NCBI GenBank assembly: GCA_002104905.1 | Contig: MCFE01000390.1 | Location: forward strand, 18,834 to 82,833 | DNA length: 64,000 bases | Direction: 5' to 3' | Origin: Basidiobolus meristosporus CBS 931.73 | Lineage: Eukaryota; Fungi; Basidiobolomycota | Made by a program: the position numbers and the translations under genes | Shown here: one piece after another, positions 1 to 13,708 of the stretch | Position numbering within the stretch: the first letter of the stretch is position 1 | How the letters are laid out: each line of letters starts with the position of its first letter | Notes under the pieces: model-generated | The model's input: only the letters and a program-made list of their open reading frames with translations | Databases searched by the model: none | Told to the model about the DNA's origin: nothing

Positions 1-1183
1 GTATGGAGAACTTGATGAAGATAACCTGCACTTGGTCTGAAAGCTTAAAAGTCTCTACATGGTCTCAAGCATTCATCAAGAGCCCGGAATTGCAAGATAG
101 ATTCTAATTAGAATTGTTAAGCTTCCAAAGGAGTCATGCTGACTATAGCATAAACTGTAAGCCAGATGGAGTAAATCCAGTTCTATTAGCTCTATATGTG
201 GATGAACTTATTATAGCTGCCAATAACCTTACAACACTGGAAGAGACTAAATCCAGCCTATCTAAGATGTTCAGGATGTCTGATCAAGGAGAACTCAGCT
301 ACTACTTAGGGATTAAGTTCTCCATAGACAGAAGTACCCAGACTATCCCCCTAAGCCAATCCAAGTATATTCAAGTCATACTAAAGAAGTACAAAATAGA
401 AGATTGTAAACTGGCAGCTACCCCAATGGAAACAAATTTTAACTTGGTCAAAACTCAACCAAATCAAGAGAGTGTAGTGCCATCTGAAAGCCCTGTCATT
501 CCTTATCAATTGATGGCTGGCAGTCTGATTTATTTTAGGCTTGGAACACATCCAGATATCACATATTCAGTGGGAGCTGACAGCCAATATGATCAGAGCT
601 GTGGATCTATTCATATTGCAGTTGTTGAGGGATTTGGAGATACCTAAAAGGAACTGCTGATATCTGCTCAAGATACATCTATAGGAATTTGGAACAGGAT
701 ATTATGGGTTACCCTGATACCAATTGGGAACAAAAGTTGGAAGACAGCAGATCCACAACAGGATACACTTTTTTTACTGTCAAGGAGTGATTTCATGGAA
801 TTCAAGAAAGCAACCAGCTGTAGCACTTTCTACCACAGAGGCAGAGTATATGGCAGCCTGTGAAGCTACAAAAGAAGCAATGTGGCTAAGAATACTTCTT
901 AAAGATTTAGACCTATGTCAAAAAACACTTTCACTCTGTTTCAACATAATTAACAATGAATACAACTTTGTAGAAATCCAGCTCTTCATGCTAGAACCAA
1001 GCACATAGATACTAGATATCATTTCATTTGTGATGCTGTAGAAAATAACTTAGTTTGCTTAGTTCACTTTCCTTCAAGTGATATGATTGCAGACCTATTT
1101 ACCTAACCATTAGCTAGAGACAAGTTTGAATATCTATAGTCAAAATCAGAACTAGTCAGAATGAGCATTTAGCTGCATGGGAG
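1..1183 (+). mobile_element. Ty1/Copia remnant, RT-RNase H 3' part, frameshifted
   Basis: ORF 114-647 has LYVDELII and GELSYYLG; ORF 724-1008 has SWNSRKQ and STTEAEY. Collinear with the intact copy at 32658-36761. Ends in GGGAG followed by TGTTG. Confidence 0.85.
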
Positions 1184-1505
1184 TGTTGCAAAAGATCATA
1201 ATTGCACCTCAATACTCACCTAACTTAGTCACTTAGATCATTACCTTCAAATTCTAGAGAATACTGACCCAACTCCTTGTATGGACTTACTTAGAATATT
1301 TTCACCATATTATCAAGTACCCAGCACACAGATATTAGACATCATTTCATATGTGAAGCTATAGAGAATAACTTGGCTAGCTTAACTTACTGTCTTTCAC
1401 ATGAAATTATAGCAAAATATTTACCAAACCTTTAGCTGGAAACAAGCTTGATTATCTTAGGTCTAAATTAGGACTAGTCAATATGAACATTTAACTAAGT
1501 GAGAG

Positions 1506-1854
1506 TGTTACTAAAGCTTACAATCCAATCTAAATATTCACCTAGCATTGTCACTTAGAACATTACCTTCAAATTCTAGAGAATACTGATCAAATTCCTT
1601 GTTGGGATTTGCTTGGAATATTTTTACTAAAATACTAGGTACCTAAAACATGAAAATTCCTGAAGTTGACCAAATAGCCCCAAGCTTGGCACACAAGTTT
1701 TTGGGACCTTCCTTAACCTATTTTACAAGTTTGTTATGCCAAGACCATGTAAAAGTATTAAACTACATTTACATTCAATATATTATTAAGTGAAAACCAC
1801 ATAATATACTTGTCCTCCCAAATCACTTTCAATATCTCCAAGACTCTTACAGCA
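1506..1854 (+). repeat. Copia LTR (349 bp); a partial LTR copy also starts at 1184
   Basis: TGTT...CAGCA. Same family and length as LTR 32298-32646. Preceded by a duplicated pol 3' end and a purine tract. Confidence 0.75.
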
Positions 1855-2646
1855 GTATTGACTCTGGAAGCTTTTGTACATGGTCATCTCAGCGGACACT
1901 AAACCTGTTACAAGTTATGATATAAGTGTTGTAGCTGAATAGAGAGTTTAGCTACTATTGTATTTGTTGGAATATTGGACTATTTGGTATCATTCAGCAG
2001 CTAAAAACTTACTAAACAATTCTAGACTAGTCTTAGTTACTGTAGGACTCATTTACTGCCTTAACTTTGCCACTTTCTCCAGATATATGATCTCATGATT
2101 ATTCCCCTATAGTCAGGATCAAATTAGCACTATTACCAAACATTATGTACTAACCCTGAAACTGTTACAGAATGCTCCTGAATATTGAGAAGCCCTCCCT
2201 ACTTAGTGTTAAAGCTGTATTACTTCTACAAAGGTATAAATACTGAACTTCTTTATGAATAAACAACAGTTCAACTATTATCACTACTTCTTGATAAGTT
2301 CCTTATATCCAAATCACTTCTTAAATTGCAACCGTATTCACTAAAAATTGAGCTGATCTTTATTGAGGTTTGAGCAGCTCCTTATATACATGCTGCCAGA
2401 TCAATTGCTGACTAATTGTATTTCCTAACGTAGGTTGTTGCTGATAACTCATTTGATTGGATGATCATTGCCCAATTAAATTATGCTGACTATATCTATT
2501 TCTGTATAACAAGGATCAGCTAGTCCATCTGCAGACTAATAATACTGATCTGGCAGATAGCACTGATATACTGATAGGCCAAACATAAAACTAATTGATT
2601 TAATTAAACTGTTCCAACTTAAACATTCAAGCTGTAGATCATTACA

Positions 2647-4300
2647 TTTGCCTCTACCAAAGTTGAGACGGTACTCCTGAATCTTTTTTCTTGTTATTTC
2701 AATATCTTGATGTTTCAGTATTGCCAGTAAGTCTTGCAAGCTTGAGTCTGTCTCTACAAACTAAGTCTTGCCGGATATTACCATTTTTGTCCACTAGTTG
2801 GCAAGTTGTAAATAGACATTCTTTCATAATCTTGAAAGGTACCATTCATTATGGCTCAAACTTCTTGCATTTGTAGCTTCTAATAAAATAAAGCTCCCAG
2901 CTGTTAATGTCACTGGTGATATAGTCTTATTATATCTCTGCTGCATCTTTTCTGCACTCTGCATTACTTTTGGCCTGTGCTTCTTGACATCTTTGTTCCA
3001 GCTGCTGGCGTCTACTTGGCTGACTGAGTTCATCTTCTAAGGTGTCTGTAAGCTTTGGTTGTGTGAGATCCCCTGGAATCCTTGGTGCACATCCATATAC
3101 AAGGTAAAATGGTAATTCTTGGGTGTTGTTGTGTGCTCTAACTTTGCAGGCAAAAAGCGCTTGGTCTATATACTCATTGTATCTGTTGACAGCTCTATTT
3201 GCCAACTTGGTCAGCATTTTTCCAAATAAGCAATTAAAGCACCCAGTGACTACATTAATTCTAGGGTGATATGATGAAGTTTTCAATTGTATGACTTGCT
3301 GCATTACCAGGTAAGCTTCCAATGCTATTGCCATTAAGTTTGCTCCTCTACTGGATAATATCTAACAGGGTATCCAAACTTCATGAGGATCTCATGGTTG
3401 ATGAAACTTACTACTTCTTGTTTACTGGCTTTAGCCGCTGTCATTTGGTGGCATGATCAGTTGCTACTAGGATCTATTGGTTGAATTTTCTGGTGGTTGG
3501 TATCTTCCAAGAAGGTCAATTCCCCATCACTCAAATGATCTTGCAAGCTCTAAGAGAAAGAGTTCAGCAAATCTCTGTGGTTGGCCTTGGATGATTTAGC
3601 AATTTGGACATGCTTTCACTAGCTTCTCAATGTCTTCTTTCATTCTGGGCCACCATGCTCTTGCTTTCACAGGGCTGAAGGTTCCTTCAATTCCAAGATG
3701 TCCATATCCATAGTGTAGCTTATGTATCAGATCCAGGCAAGCAGCATAAGGGCAATAGGCAATAGGGCTTCCATCAGCAATTTGACAGAGTGTTTCAACC
3801 TGTACTACAGATTTTGTGGCTTCATCCTGGATTATCTTCTTGATCTCATCATCCACCTCATCAACAACAGCTTGGTCCTCCAAGTACTTTGGTGATAGGC
3901 TAGGCCAATCTGATTCATGCACCAAGTTGAGTTGTGCAACTTGTTCTAATCTTGATAGGGCATCAGCAACTGTTTTTTTTTCAGGGCAGTAGACAACCTC
4001 CAAATCAAATTCCTGCATGTATTCAATCCATCTTGTAATTCTTCTAGAAGGTACCCTCTGAATCAATACGTATGCTTGAGTGAGGCATGATCAGTCTTCA
4101 CAGTACACTTGACTCCTTCAATGTAGCATCTCCAGGTCTTCAAGCAATGTATTATGGCAAAAATCTCTATCTCATATGCTGAATAATTTGTTCTGCTGAG
4201 TTCAGCTTGTTGGACTCATAAGCATCTGGCTAGTCCTTTCCCTCATGTTCTTGGTTCAGTACTCCACCAATTGCATACTCTGGTTATGATCTACCGCTTG
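2647..4300 (-). mobile_element. Ty3/Gypsy remnant (RNase H-integrase)
   Basis: Fragments RWIEYMQEFDLEVVY, VADALSRL, HLGIEGT..KARAWWP and PFYLVYG, interrupted by stops and frameshifts. Confidence 0.8.
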
Positions 4301-6200
4301 AATGTTCAAGTCAGATTAATTTTTAGTTAAATAAGTTAGTTATATGTTTACCTATCAGTATAGCAGTGCTATCTATCACATCAGTAGCATTAGTGGGTAA
4401 ATGAATAAGCAGATCCTTATCAGACAGAAGTAGGTATATTAAGTAGAACTTATTGGGTGATAATGATGCAATCAAATGAGTCATCCGCCCCAACCTACAT
4501 AAGGAAATACAATTGGTCAGCAATTGATCTGGCAAAATGTATATAAGGAGCTGCTGGAACCTTAATGAAAAATCAGCTCAAGTTTTGGTTAATATATTAC
4601 TAGCTAAACTCCCTATTCTTCTACAACTCTAATACCAAGACTTGTAACATTGGTAGCAGCAATAACAGAAACCTTCCTCCTAAAGAAAGAAGAAGCCTGC
4701 TCCAACATGTCAGAAATTCCAGAATGGAAGAATGCTATGCAGCAAATCCTGGCCCAACAGCAACAATTACTCCAGATCCTGAGCCAGCAGCATCAAGAAA
4801 TGACTACCATGATGCCAAACCAGCAAAACCCTGTCAAGAGCAACTTTAGTGTCAAGGTCTACTGGTAGCATGGTTGAATCAATGAAAACCAGGGAACTTG
4901 GCTCTCTCAGATTGAAGAAGCTTTCAGGGCTAAGGGAATCTCTCCAGAAAGAGAGCTACATTATGCTGCCTCCTACCTGGCAAATGCAGCTTCATAGTGG
5001 TACCACAGCAAGATCAGGTCAGCAACAATGATGGGACGCTCTACAATCTCCAACTGGGATGAATTTGTGTTGGAAACTTGGGATGCTCTTAGGCCCCCAC
5101 ACCTGCAGGCACTACTCTGAAGAAAGTTAAAGACACTCACACAGAAAAGATCAGTTTTAGAGTACATCTATGAGTATAGATGTTAACTTGGACAAGTTGA
5201 AAGTATGGACCCCCTGGATCAACTGAAATACTTTATTGATGGGTTGAAAGAAAAAACTTGCAAGGAAGTGATATATTGAAGACCACAGACTATTGAGGAA
5301 GCCATTAAGACTGCCATTGACTATGACTCAGCTATGTTTGGAGTTGGGTGGCCCACAATGACTAATCAGAGAGGGTACAATCACTATGAAAGAAGACAAC
5401 AAGAAGCAGTGTCAATGGAAACAGATGCTATACAGAAGAATCCTACCTTGGAAGAATGTAAGAAGCAAGGACTATGCTTTATTTGCCACCAGCAGGAACA
5501 TATTGCAAAGTACTGCCCTCAAAGAAGAAATGGACACCAACCATCACAAACCTTTAGCCATATTGAAGCCCTTGAGCACATTAACATGGAGGATGAACCT
5601 GGAGAAGACTTAGGACTCACCTTCTGTTTGATGGAAGAACATCTATCCCAATTGACCTCAAACTCAGAAAGCTGTTATACTTGAATGAATTAATCAATGG
5701 AGTACCTGTCAAAATTATGATTGACTCAGGAGCATCACATGAGCACATGTCAGAGTAATATGCTTTGAAGGCTGGAATCAACTGAGAACCCACCCAATCA
5801 ACTTCAGTCTCAACAGCTGCAGGGAACTCTCACAAAGTCAACTGTATGTTGCAGCCAGTAAGGATGAAAATCAATGACTACCACAAAGACCTACCATGCT
5901 ATATATTTATGAACTGCAAATGTGACCTTGTACTTGGAAAAACCTGGCAATTTGTTGTAATACATCAATCAACTGGAGAGCCCATGCTACTCAGATGCAG
6001 AAGGACAACAAGACCTATGTGCTATTACCTGTCAGACTGGACTGGGTCAGTTCCAATGTGTATGAAACAAGTGAACTTAGCACAACACAGTACTGTAGAG
6101 CTCTTAGAAAAGGCACCCAGAAGTTCCTAATGGTCATATAACAGGAGGATTCCTCTACTTCACCACCTAAGACAGCCTTGATGTGCTCTCTGCATATTTG
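4300..6200 (+). mobile_element. Ty3/Gypsy 5' remnant: LTR, tRNA-type PBS, gag with zinc knuckle, protease
   Basis: LTR ends ...GTAACA at 4649, then TGGTAGCAGC (PBS-like) at 4651. Zinc knuckle CFICHQQEHIAKYC in ORF 5334-5684; IDSGASH protease motif near 5718. Confidence 0.75.
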
Positions 6201-7129
6201 AGCAGACCTAGCCAACCAATAGAGCCAAATGCCTTAGATTGCTAGAAACTTGACAGTATTCTGACAGCCTCCTGGCTTATCATTGCTGGCATTATTACAG
6301 GAGTTTGTTTGCCTAAAGAAGGTTGTGTATATTGCTACCATTTTGAATTACTAAGTGATATTTTCTTTTCCTACCTCCTCTTGTGCCATTGAAATATTCC
6401 ACTTTAAAATCACCCCTGATTATTTGCTTTCCCACTACTACCTTAGGTATTCTACATATAGCTCAAATCAAAAAAAACTATGGCTTCCTGCTTACTAGCC
6501 TCTGCATATATGCACACCCACTGCAATTGACATACCTCTATTTCCCCAAACTCATGGCTTTTTAGTGCAGTACTTACAAAGTGGCAATTTGCCTTGTATT
6601 GCTTGTAAAAAAATATCTTGCAAATGTATGCTTGATTGCCACCAGTTTTGTCATAAATACCTCCTATATGTCTGCAAGTAACTGGTTAATTGCTAACCAG
6701 TATATTCCTTTTCCTTATACATCTTGTAAATGTATGCTTGGTTGCTGCCAGTTCTATCATGAATACCTCTGGAATATCCACAAAGAGCCTTTTAGTATTT
6801 AGCCAAAATATTCCTTCTCCCTGCTGGATCTTAGTCCCCCTGCAGGTGAGCTCTGGCTCTTGTTTGTGTGAATTCTGTATTGAATGGTTTAGAAATCTGT
6901 ATTTGACCAGGAGTAACCCTGCATATTTTGGTGGAGTTGTCCTGTTAAAATTAAGTTCATGTTGCACCCAACCCAACTTTGTATTACCTAACTGTTTGCC
7001 CTTCCATTATGACTACTTAGCTTCTTGATGGCAATGCAATAAGTGTCTTCACTAACATCTGAATATTGTATTTCATTCTAGGCCATCATGCTCTGGCATT
7101 TACAAGGCTATAGCTTCCCTCAATCCCAA

Positions 7130-8721
7130 ATCAGTCTTCTGGATGGCACCTTTTGAGTAAACATTTATTTGAGTAAGGCACAATCAGTCTTCACAGTGCA
7201 CTTGACTCCATCAATACATCATCTGCAGGTCTTCAAGCAGTGTATTATTGCAAGCATCTCCTTCTCATACACAGGATAGTTTTGTTCTGCTGAATTCAGT
7301 TTCTTGGATTCAAAGGCAACAAGGCAGTCCTTTCCCTTGTGTTCTTGGCTCAACACTCCACCAATTGCATAATCTGAAGCATCTGTGAACAGAGTAGATT
7401 CTTTTCTGAAGTAAGGTATTCTTAAGCTTGGTAGCTTAATAAGTTCATTCTTGAGCATCTGGAAGGCAGTCTCACAAGCTTTGTCCCACTTGTAGGTATT
7501 GTCTTTCTTGAGGATATCAGTTAAAAGGGCTGCAATACTTGCAAAGGACTTGACAAATCTCCAACAATATGAAACCACTCCAAGGAATGATCTGAGCTCT
7601 GCTATGCTATGGGGCTGCATCAGATTCTTGAAAACTTCAACCTTCTTAGGGTCTAAGGTAACTCCTATGCTATTCAATATGTGTCCAAGATATTCAATTT
7701 GTTCCTTGAAGAATACACTTGAGTGGCTTGCCATAAAGCTTGTTCTCAGTTAGCTTCTTCAAGACCTTTTTAATGTGCACCAAGTGATCCTCTTCTGTCT
7801 TGCTGTATATCAATATATCATCTAGGCAGATTATCACAAACCTGTCTAAGTACTCCTGGAAGGCAGTCTGCATCAGGGTCATGAATGTTGCAGGGGCATT
7901 GGTGAGGCCAAAACACATGACTAAGTACTTGTAATGTCCATATATGGTCCTGAATGCTGTCTTAGGAATGTCTTCTGGCTTCACCCTAATCTGGTTATAT
8001 CCTGGCATGAGGTCAATCTTGCTGAAAATAGTAGCTCCATTGAGTTGGTCCAAAAGCTCATCAATCCAAGATATGGGGTACTTATTCCTCATGGTTCTGG
8101 AGCAATTCCCTTGGCCTTGAAAGCTCCTTCAATCTGGAAGAGCAAAGTTCCCAGGTTTTCATTGACTCTACCATGTTACTGGTTGACCTTCACACTAAAG
8201 TTGCTCTTGACAGGGTTTTGCTGGCTTTGGGTAATGGTAGTCATTCCTTGTTGCTTCTGGGCCAGGATTTGTGGCATAGCATTCTTCCATTCTTGATTTT
8301 CAAAAATCTTGAAGGAGGCTTCTTCTTTGTAAGGAGAGATATTTCAGGTTACTGCTACTGACAATGCAACAAGTCTTGGTACAAGAGTTGTAGAGGAATA
8401 GGGAGCTTAGCTAGTATTGTATTCACTAGAACTTGAACTGATTTTTATTAAGGTTCCAGCAGCTCCTTATATACATTTTGCCAGATCATTTGCTGACTAA
8501 TTGTATTTCCTAATGTAGGCTGTGGCTGATGACTAATTTGATTGCATCATCATCACCCAATAAGATCCTACTTAATATATCTATCTCTGTCTGACAAGGA
8601 TCTGCCAATTCATTTGCTGACTAATGCCACTGATTTGATAGAAAATACTGATATACTGATAAGCTAAACATATAACTAATTGATTTCACCAAAAACTGAT
8701 CTAACTTAAACATTCAAGCAG
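7130..8721 (-). mobile_element. Ty3/Gypsy remnant: RT-RNase H, internally deleted gag, LTR 8365-8721
   Basis: FSKIDL, CFGLTNAPATF, CLDDILIYS, FTDASDYAIG, EKEMLAI. LTR belongs to the same family as that at 4300-4649. Confidence 0.8.
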
Positions 8722-8915
8722 TGTAGTGGGGTGACAGTGACACCCACTGATGGATGTGCTCATTCCCTTATTTTCTATTTCCCTATATCTCTACTACACT
8801 TATTTTAGCTTTATCCCATTTGTCTTACCCAATCAGTGCTATCCCATAAGCCAGTTGACTATCACACCTGCTTACCTTATTGCATAAGTTACCCCTTGCT
8901 TTATGTAAGATTACT

Positions 8916-9127
8916 AGACTTCTTCCATCATTCCCGCTGATCATAGTGCCCAATAGTGCCATAGCATGCCAGATGGTGACCAATCATGCCACAGAGTGCC
9001 AGATGGTGCCAACACAGTGCCAATTTGGGATCAAAATTGTCATGCATATGACCCTGATATATCAAATCAGTAACAAAATATACAGCACTTTCTGGTACTA
9101 TGATCAATGGCACAATGGAACAAGTCT
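8916..9127. mobile_element. MITE (212 bp) of the PHIS element family
   Basis: TIRs AGACTTcTTCCAT / ATGGAACAAGTCT; ACT on both sides. The empty site ATT-ACT-AGCTATAAG is present in the paralogous LTR at about 10988. Confidence 0.85.
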
Positions 9128-9346
9128 ACTAGCTATAAGTGCTTCTATATTAGGCAAGTACCTGTGCCAGTACCCATGACACATGATCAACCCATGTCAC
9201 TATCCTACCATATCCATACCATATATGGTATCCCCATGTTACACAGGTTTCAGAATACTGATTCCTGATTTGTTGGATGTGCTGTGCCTCTTAGAACCTT
9301 CTGGCACCTACTTAGAACATTGTTAGGTTATTCTGATGTCATTAAG

Positions 9347-10840
9347 ATGAGCACCTCTGTCAGTGGGTGTCACTGTCACCCCACTACAGTGTCCTTTGAG
9401 AAGACAATGTACTAAAGCTTCCAAAGTCAAAACAACTGTAAACTCCACCAGCAGGGACTTGATAAGAATGTAGCTGTGGTCAATAGTTACAAAGACCGAA
9501 AAGTATCTTTGCCTCTACAAGAACAAACTTGGGAAAGAATCACATATAATAAAAGATACCTACTCTGAGTATTCCTCACAAGTAGTGCCTCCAAGGTCAG
9601 TTGGCTGTCAGCGCGGTTTCCTGGCAGTGTCCTGTGGTCTGGGGTTGGAAGTTGAGGTAGCAGCAGGTAGCAGTGATCACACTAATCAACAAGTTGGTAT
9701 ATTGATAAAAGGGATGATGACTTATTAGACTTGTTCCATTGGATAGTGCCACATTGAGCCATGAGTGCCAAATGATGCCATAGTGTGCCAGGGAGGCCAA
9801 GTGAGCCTATACTTGGCCACAGAGTGTGAAACACAGCTCTGCATCTTCATGCAAAGCAGCCCTTGTGTTTCACCCATTGAGCTGGAGAAAATCCATTTTT
9901 TGACCTTTTTTTCTGGATCAACATTATTCAGGATGTGCAAGAGCACAGAAGGACTGAAGACATGCATCTGATACTCAATACCCATGACACTCTGTATCTA
10001 GCTCTTGTAGCTTGTATCATGTCACAAAAATGAATGGCACTATCTTGGTCCACTGGTACCATCAGGCACTATAAGTGTTTGATATAGGTTTTACTTTAGG
10101 GCTAATAATTAAATATAGTTCCAGATTGTACCAGTGGACCAAGATAGTGCCATTCATTTTTGTGACATGATACAAGCTACAAGAGCTAGATATAGAGTGC
10201 CATGGGTATTAAGTACCCAATGCATATCTTAAATCTTTTTGTGCTCTTACACATCCTGCACAACATTGATCCAAAAAAAAAGGTCAAAAAATGGATTTTC
10301 TCCAGCTCAATGGGTGAGCCACAGGGGCTGCTTTGCATGAAGATACAGAGCTGTGTTTCACACTCTGTGGCCAAGTATAGGCTCACTTGGCCTCCCTGGC
10401 ACACTACGGCATCATTTGGCACTCATGGCTCAAAGTGGCACTATCCAATGGAACAAGTCTAATAAATCATCATCCCTTTTATCAATATGCCAACTTGTTG
10501 ATTAGTGTGATCACTGCTACCTGCTGCTACCTCAACTTCCAACCCCAGACCACAGGACACTGCCAGGAAACCACGCTGACAGCCAACTGACCTTGGAAGC
10601 ACTACTTGTGAGGAATACTCAGAATAGGTATCTTTTATTATATTTGATTCTTTCCCAAGTTTGTTCTTGTAGAGGCAAAGATACTTTTCTGTCTTTGTAA
10701 CTATTGACCACAGCTGAATTCTTATCAAGTCCCTGCTGGTGGAGTTCACAGTTGTTTTGACTTTGGAAGCTTTAGTACATTGTCATCTCAAAGGACACTG
10801 TAGTGGGGTGACAGTGACACCCACTGACAGATGTGCTCAT
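9347..10840. repeat. Long inverted repeat: two ~713-bp arms (9347-10059, 10128-10840) with a 68-bp spacer
   Basis: Three landmark pairs (9347/10840, 9727/10460, 10047/10140) all sum to 20187. Mirror ORFs occur on opposite strands (9597-9800/10387-10590; 9725-9985/10202-10462). Confidence 0.92.
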
Positions 10841-11636
10841 TCCCTTATTTTCTATTTCCCTATATCTCTACTACACTTATTTTAGTTTTATCCCATTTGT
10901 CTTACCCAATCAGTACTATCCCATAAGCCAGTTGACTATCACACCTGCTTACCTTATTGCATAGGTTACCCCTCACTTTATGTTAGATTACTAGCTATAA
11001 GTACTTCTATATTAGGCAAGTACCCGCGCCAGTACCCATGACACATGATCAACCCGTGTCACCATCCCTACCATTTCCATACCATATATGGTATCCCCAT
11101 GTTACACAGGTTTCAGAATACTGATTTCTGATTGGTTGGATGTGCTGTGTCTCTGAGAACCTTCCGGCACCTACTTAGAACATTCTTAGGTCATTCTGAT
11201 GTCATTAAGATTTCTATTGATATCCAGAACCTTCTGGAACACCATGATTAGTAATCACTTAGCCAGTAAGAAAAGTATATCAGGGAGGCTATCCCTCAAC
11301 AATAAATCATCATCCCTTTTATCTACATACCAACTTGTTGATTAGTGTGATCACTGCTACCTGCTGCTACCTGAACTTCCAACCCCAGACCGCAGGACAC
11401 TGCCAGGAAACCGCGCTGACAGCCAACTGACCTTGGAGGCACTACTTGTGAGGAATACTCAGAGTAGGTATCTTTTATTATATTTGATTCTTTCCCAAGT
11501 TTGTTCTTGTAGAGGCAAAGATACTATTCTGTCTTTGTAACTATTGACCACAGCTGCATTCTTATCAAGTCCCTGCTGGTGGAGTTTACAGTTGTTTTGA
11601 CTTTGGAAGCTTTAGTACATTGTCATCTCAAGGGAT

Positions 11637-13267
11637 GCTGAACCCAGCACATACTTTTGTTAAGACGCCCACTAAGTTGGGGATTGAAGCTCAATAGTTT
11701 TCCCTTGACAAGCTTGTGACTTTATTCCCCTTCACATTAGATTAGAGACAGAACCCAAGTATTCCTAGCAAGCTTTTGTCAGAGGTTATTGCACTCAGTG
11801 AACACTCCGCACAAAAAACACTTAAGAAGTGTTGGACAAATCTCCCTTGGACTTATACACCACCACAACGCTGAACCCAGCACATACTTTTGTTAAGATG
11901 CCAACTAAGTTCGGGATTGTAGCTCAATAGTTTTCCCTTGACAAGCTTGTGGCTTTATTCCCCTTCACATTAGATTAGAGACAGAACCCAAGTATTCCTA
12001 GCAAGCTTTTGTCAGAGGTTATTGCACTCAGTGAACACTCCAAACAAAAAACACTTAAGAAGTGTTGGACAAATCTCCCTTGGACTTATACACCACCACA
12101 ACGCTGAACCCAGCACATACTTTTGTTAAGATGCCAACTAAGTTGGGGATTGTAGCTCAATAGTTTTCCCTTGACAAGCTTGTGGCTTTATTCCCCTTCA
12201 CATTAGATTAGAGACAGAACCCAAGTATTCCTAGCAAGCTTTTGTCAGAGGTTATTGCACTCAGTGAACACTCCACACAAAAAACACTTAAGAAGTGTTG
12301 GACAAATCTCCCTTGGACTTATACACCACCACAACACTGAACCCAGCACATACTTTTGTTAAGATGCCAACTAAGTTGGGGATTGTAGCTCAATAGTTTT
12401 CCCTTGACAAGCTTGTGGCTTTATTCCCCTTCACATTAGATTAGAGACAGAACCCAAGTATTCCTAGCAAGCTTTTGTCAGAGGTTATTGCACTCAGTGA
12501 ACACTCCACACAAAAAACACTTAAGAAGTGTTGGACAAATCTCCCTTGGACTTATACACCACCACAACGCTGAACCCAGCACATACTTTTGTTAAGATGC
12601 CAACTAAGTTGGGGATTGTAGCTCAATAGTTTTCCCTTGACAAGCTTGTGGCTTTATTCCCCTTCACATTAGATTAGAGACAGAACCCAAGTATTCCTAG
12701 CAAGCTTTTGTCAGAGGTTATCGCACTCAGTGAACACCCCACACAAAAAACACTTAAGAAGTGTTGGACAAATCTCCCTTGGACTTATACACCACCACAA
12801 CGCTGAACCCAGCACATACTTTTGTTAAGATGCCAACTAAGTTGGGGATTGTAGCTCAATAGTTTTCCCTTGACAAGCTTGTGGCTTTATTCCCCTTCAC
12901 ATTAGATTAGAGACAGAACCCAAGTATTCCTAGCAAGCTTTTGTCAGAGGTTATCGCACTCAGTGAACACCCCACACAAAAAACACTTAAGAAGTGTTGG
13001 ACAAATCTCCCTTGGACTTATACACCACCACAACGCTGAACCCAGCACATACTTTTGTTAAGATGCCAACTAAGTTGGGGATTGTAGCTCAATAGTTTTC
13101 CCTTGACAAGCTTGTGGCTTTATTCCCCTTCACATTAGATTAGACAAAAGACCCAGTATTCCTAGCAAGCTTTTTCCAGAGGTTATTGCACCCAGTGAGC
13201 ACCCCACACACTACACACTTGAGAAAGTTGGACATATCTCCCCCTTGGACCTTTACACCACCACAGC
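11637..13267 (+). repeat. Tandem array, 7 x 233 bp
   Basis: Unit starts GCTGAACCCAGCAC at 11637, 11870, 12103, 12336, 12569, 12802 and 13035. The last unit diverges after about 13145. Confidence 0.95.
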
Positions 13268-13708
13268 AGCAGATCATAACAGAAGCTTATCTAGCCTTAT
13301 GTGCCAAATCTCAGAATCTGGAACAAACTATGGATTCCACCCTCAGTTTGATATCCATATTCCAACAAACAATTACCAGCAAGTATGAAAATCCATGATA
13401 CTTTCCATGTGTCCCTTCTGGAGCCATATTGTAGGAACACCTTGCCAAACCAGCAAGAACCAAAGCCCCAAGCCATCCAGGTTGACCAGCATCAAGAATT
13501 TGAAGTTAAACAAATTCTAGACTCCAAGTATATTTAGTCAAAGCTGTACTACTTAGTAGACTGGATTGGTTATGGTCCAAGTGACCAAACATGGGAACCA
13601 GCTACCCATCTCACTAATTATCAAGAACTAATTACCCAGTTCCACCAGCAATATCCTGCAAAACCTGCCCCAAAGGGCAACAGAGCTTTGCCTGGAAGAG
13701 GAGAATAG
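13140..13708 (+). mobile_element. Chromovirus remnant: integrase C-terminus and chromodomain; PPT, then LTR from 13709
   Basis: Hand translation gives LPASMKIHDTFHVSLLEPY and FEVKQILDSK..LYYLVDWIGYGPSDQTWEP. GGAAGAGGAGAATAG precedes TGTCA. Confidence 0.8.

Noticed and set aside
9597-10749. Short ORFs in the palindrome as genes
   Set aside because: Mirror-image products of the inverted repeat with no recognisable motifs.
11637-13267. CRISPR-like array
   Set aside because: Units are contiguous near-identical 233-mers with no unique spacers, in a eukaryotic context.
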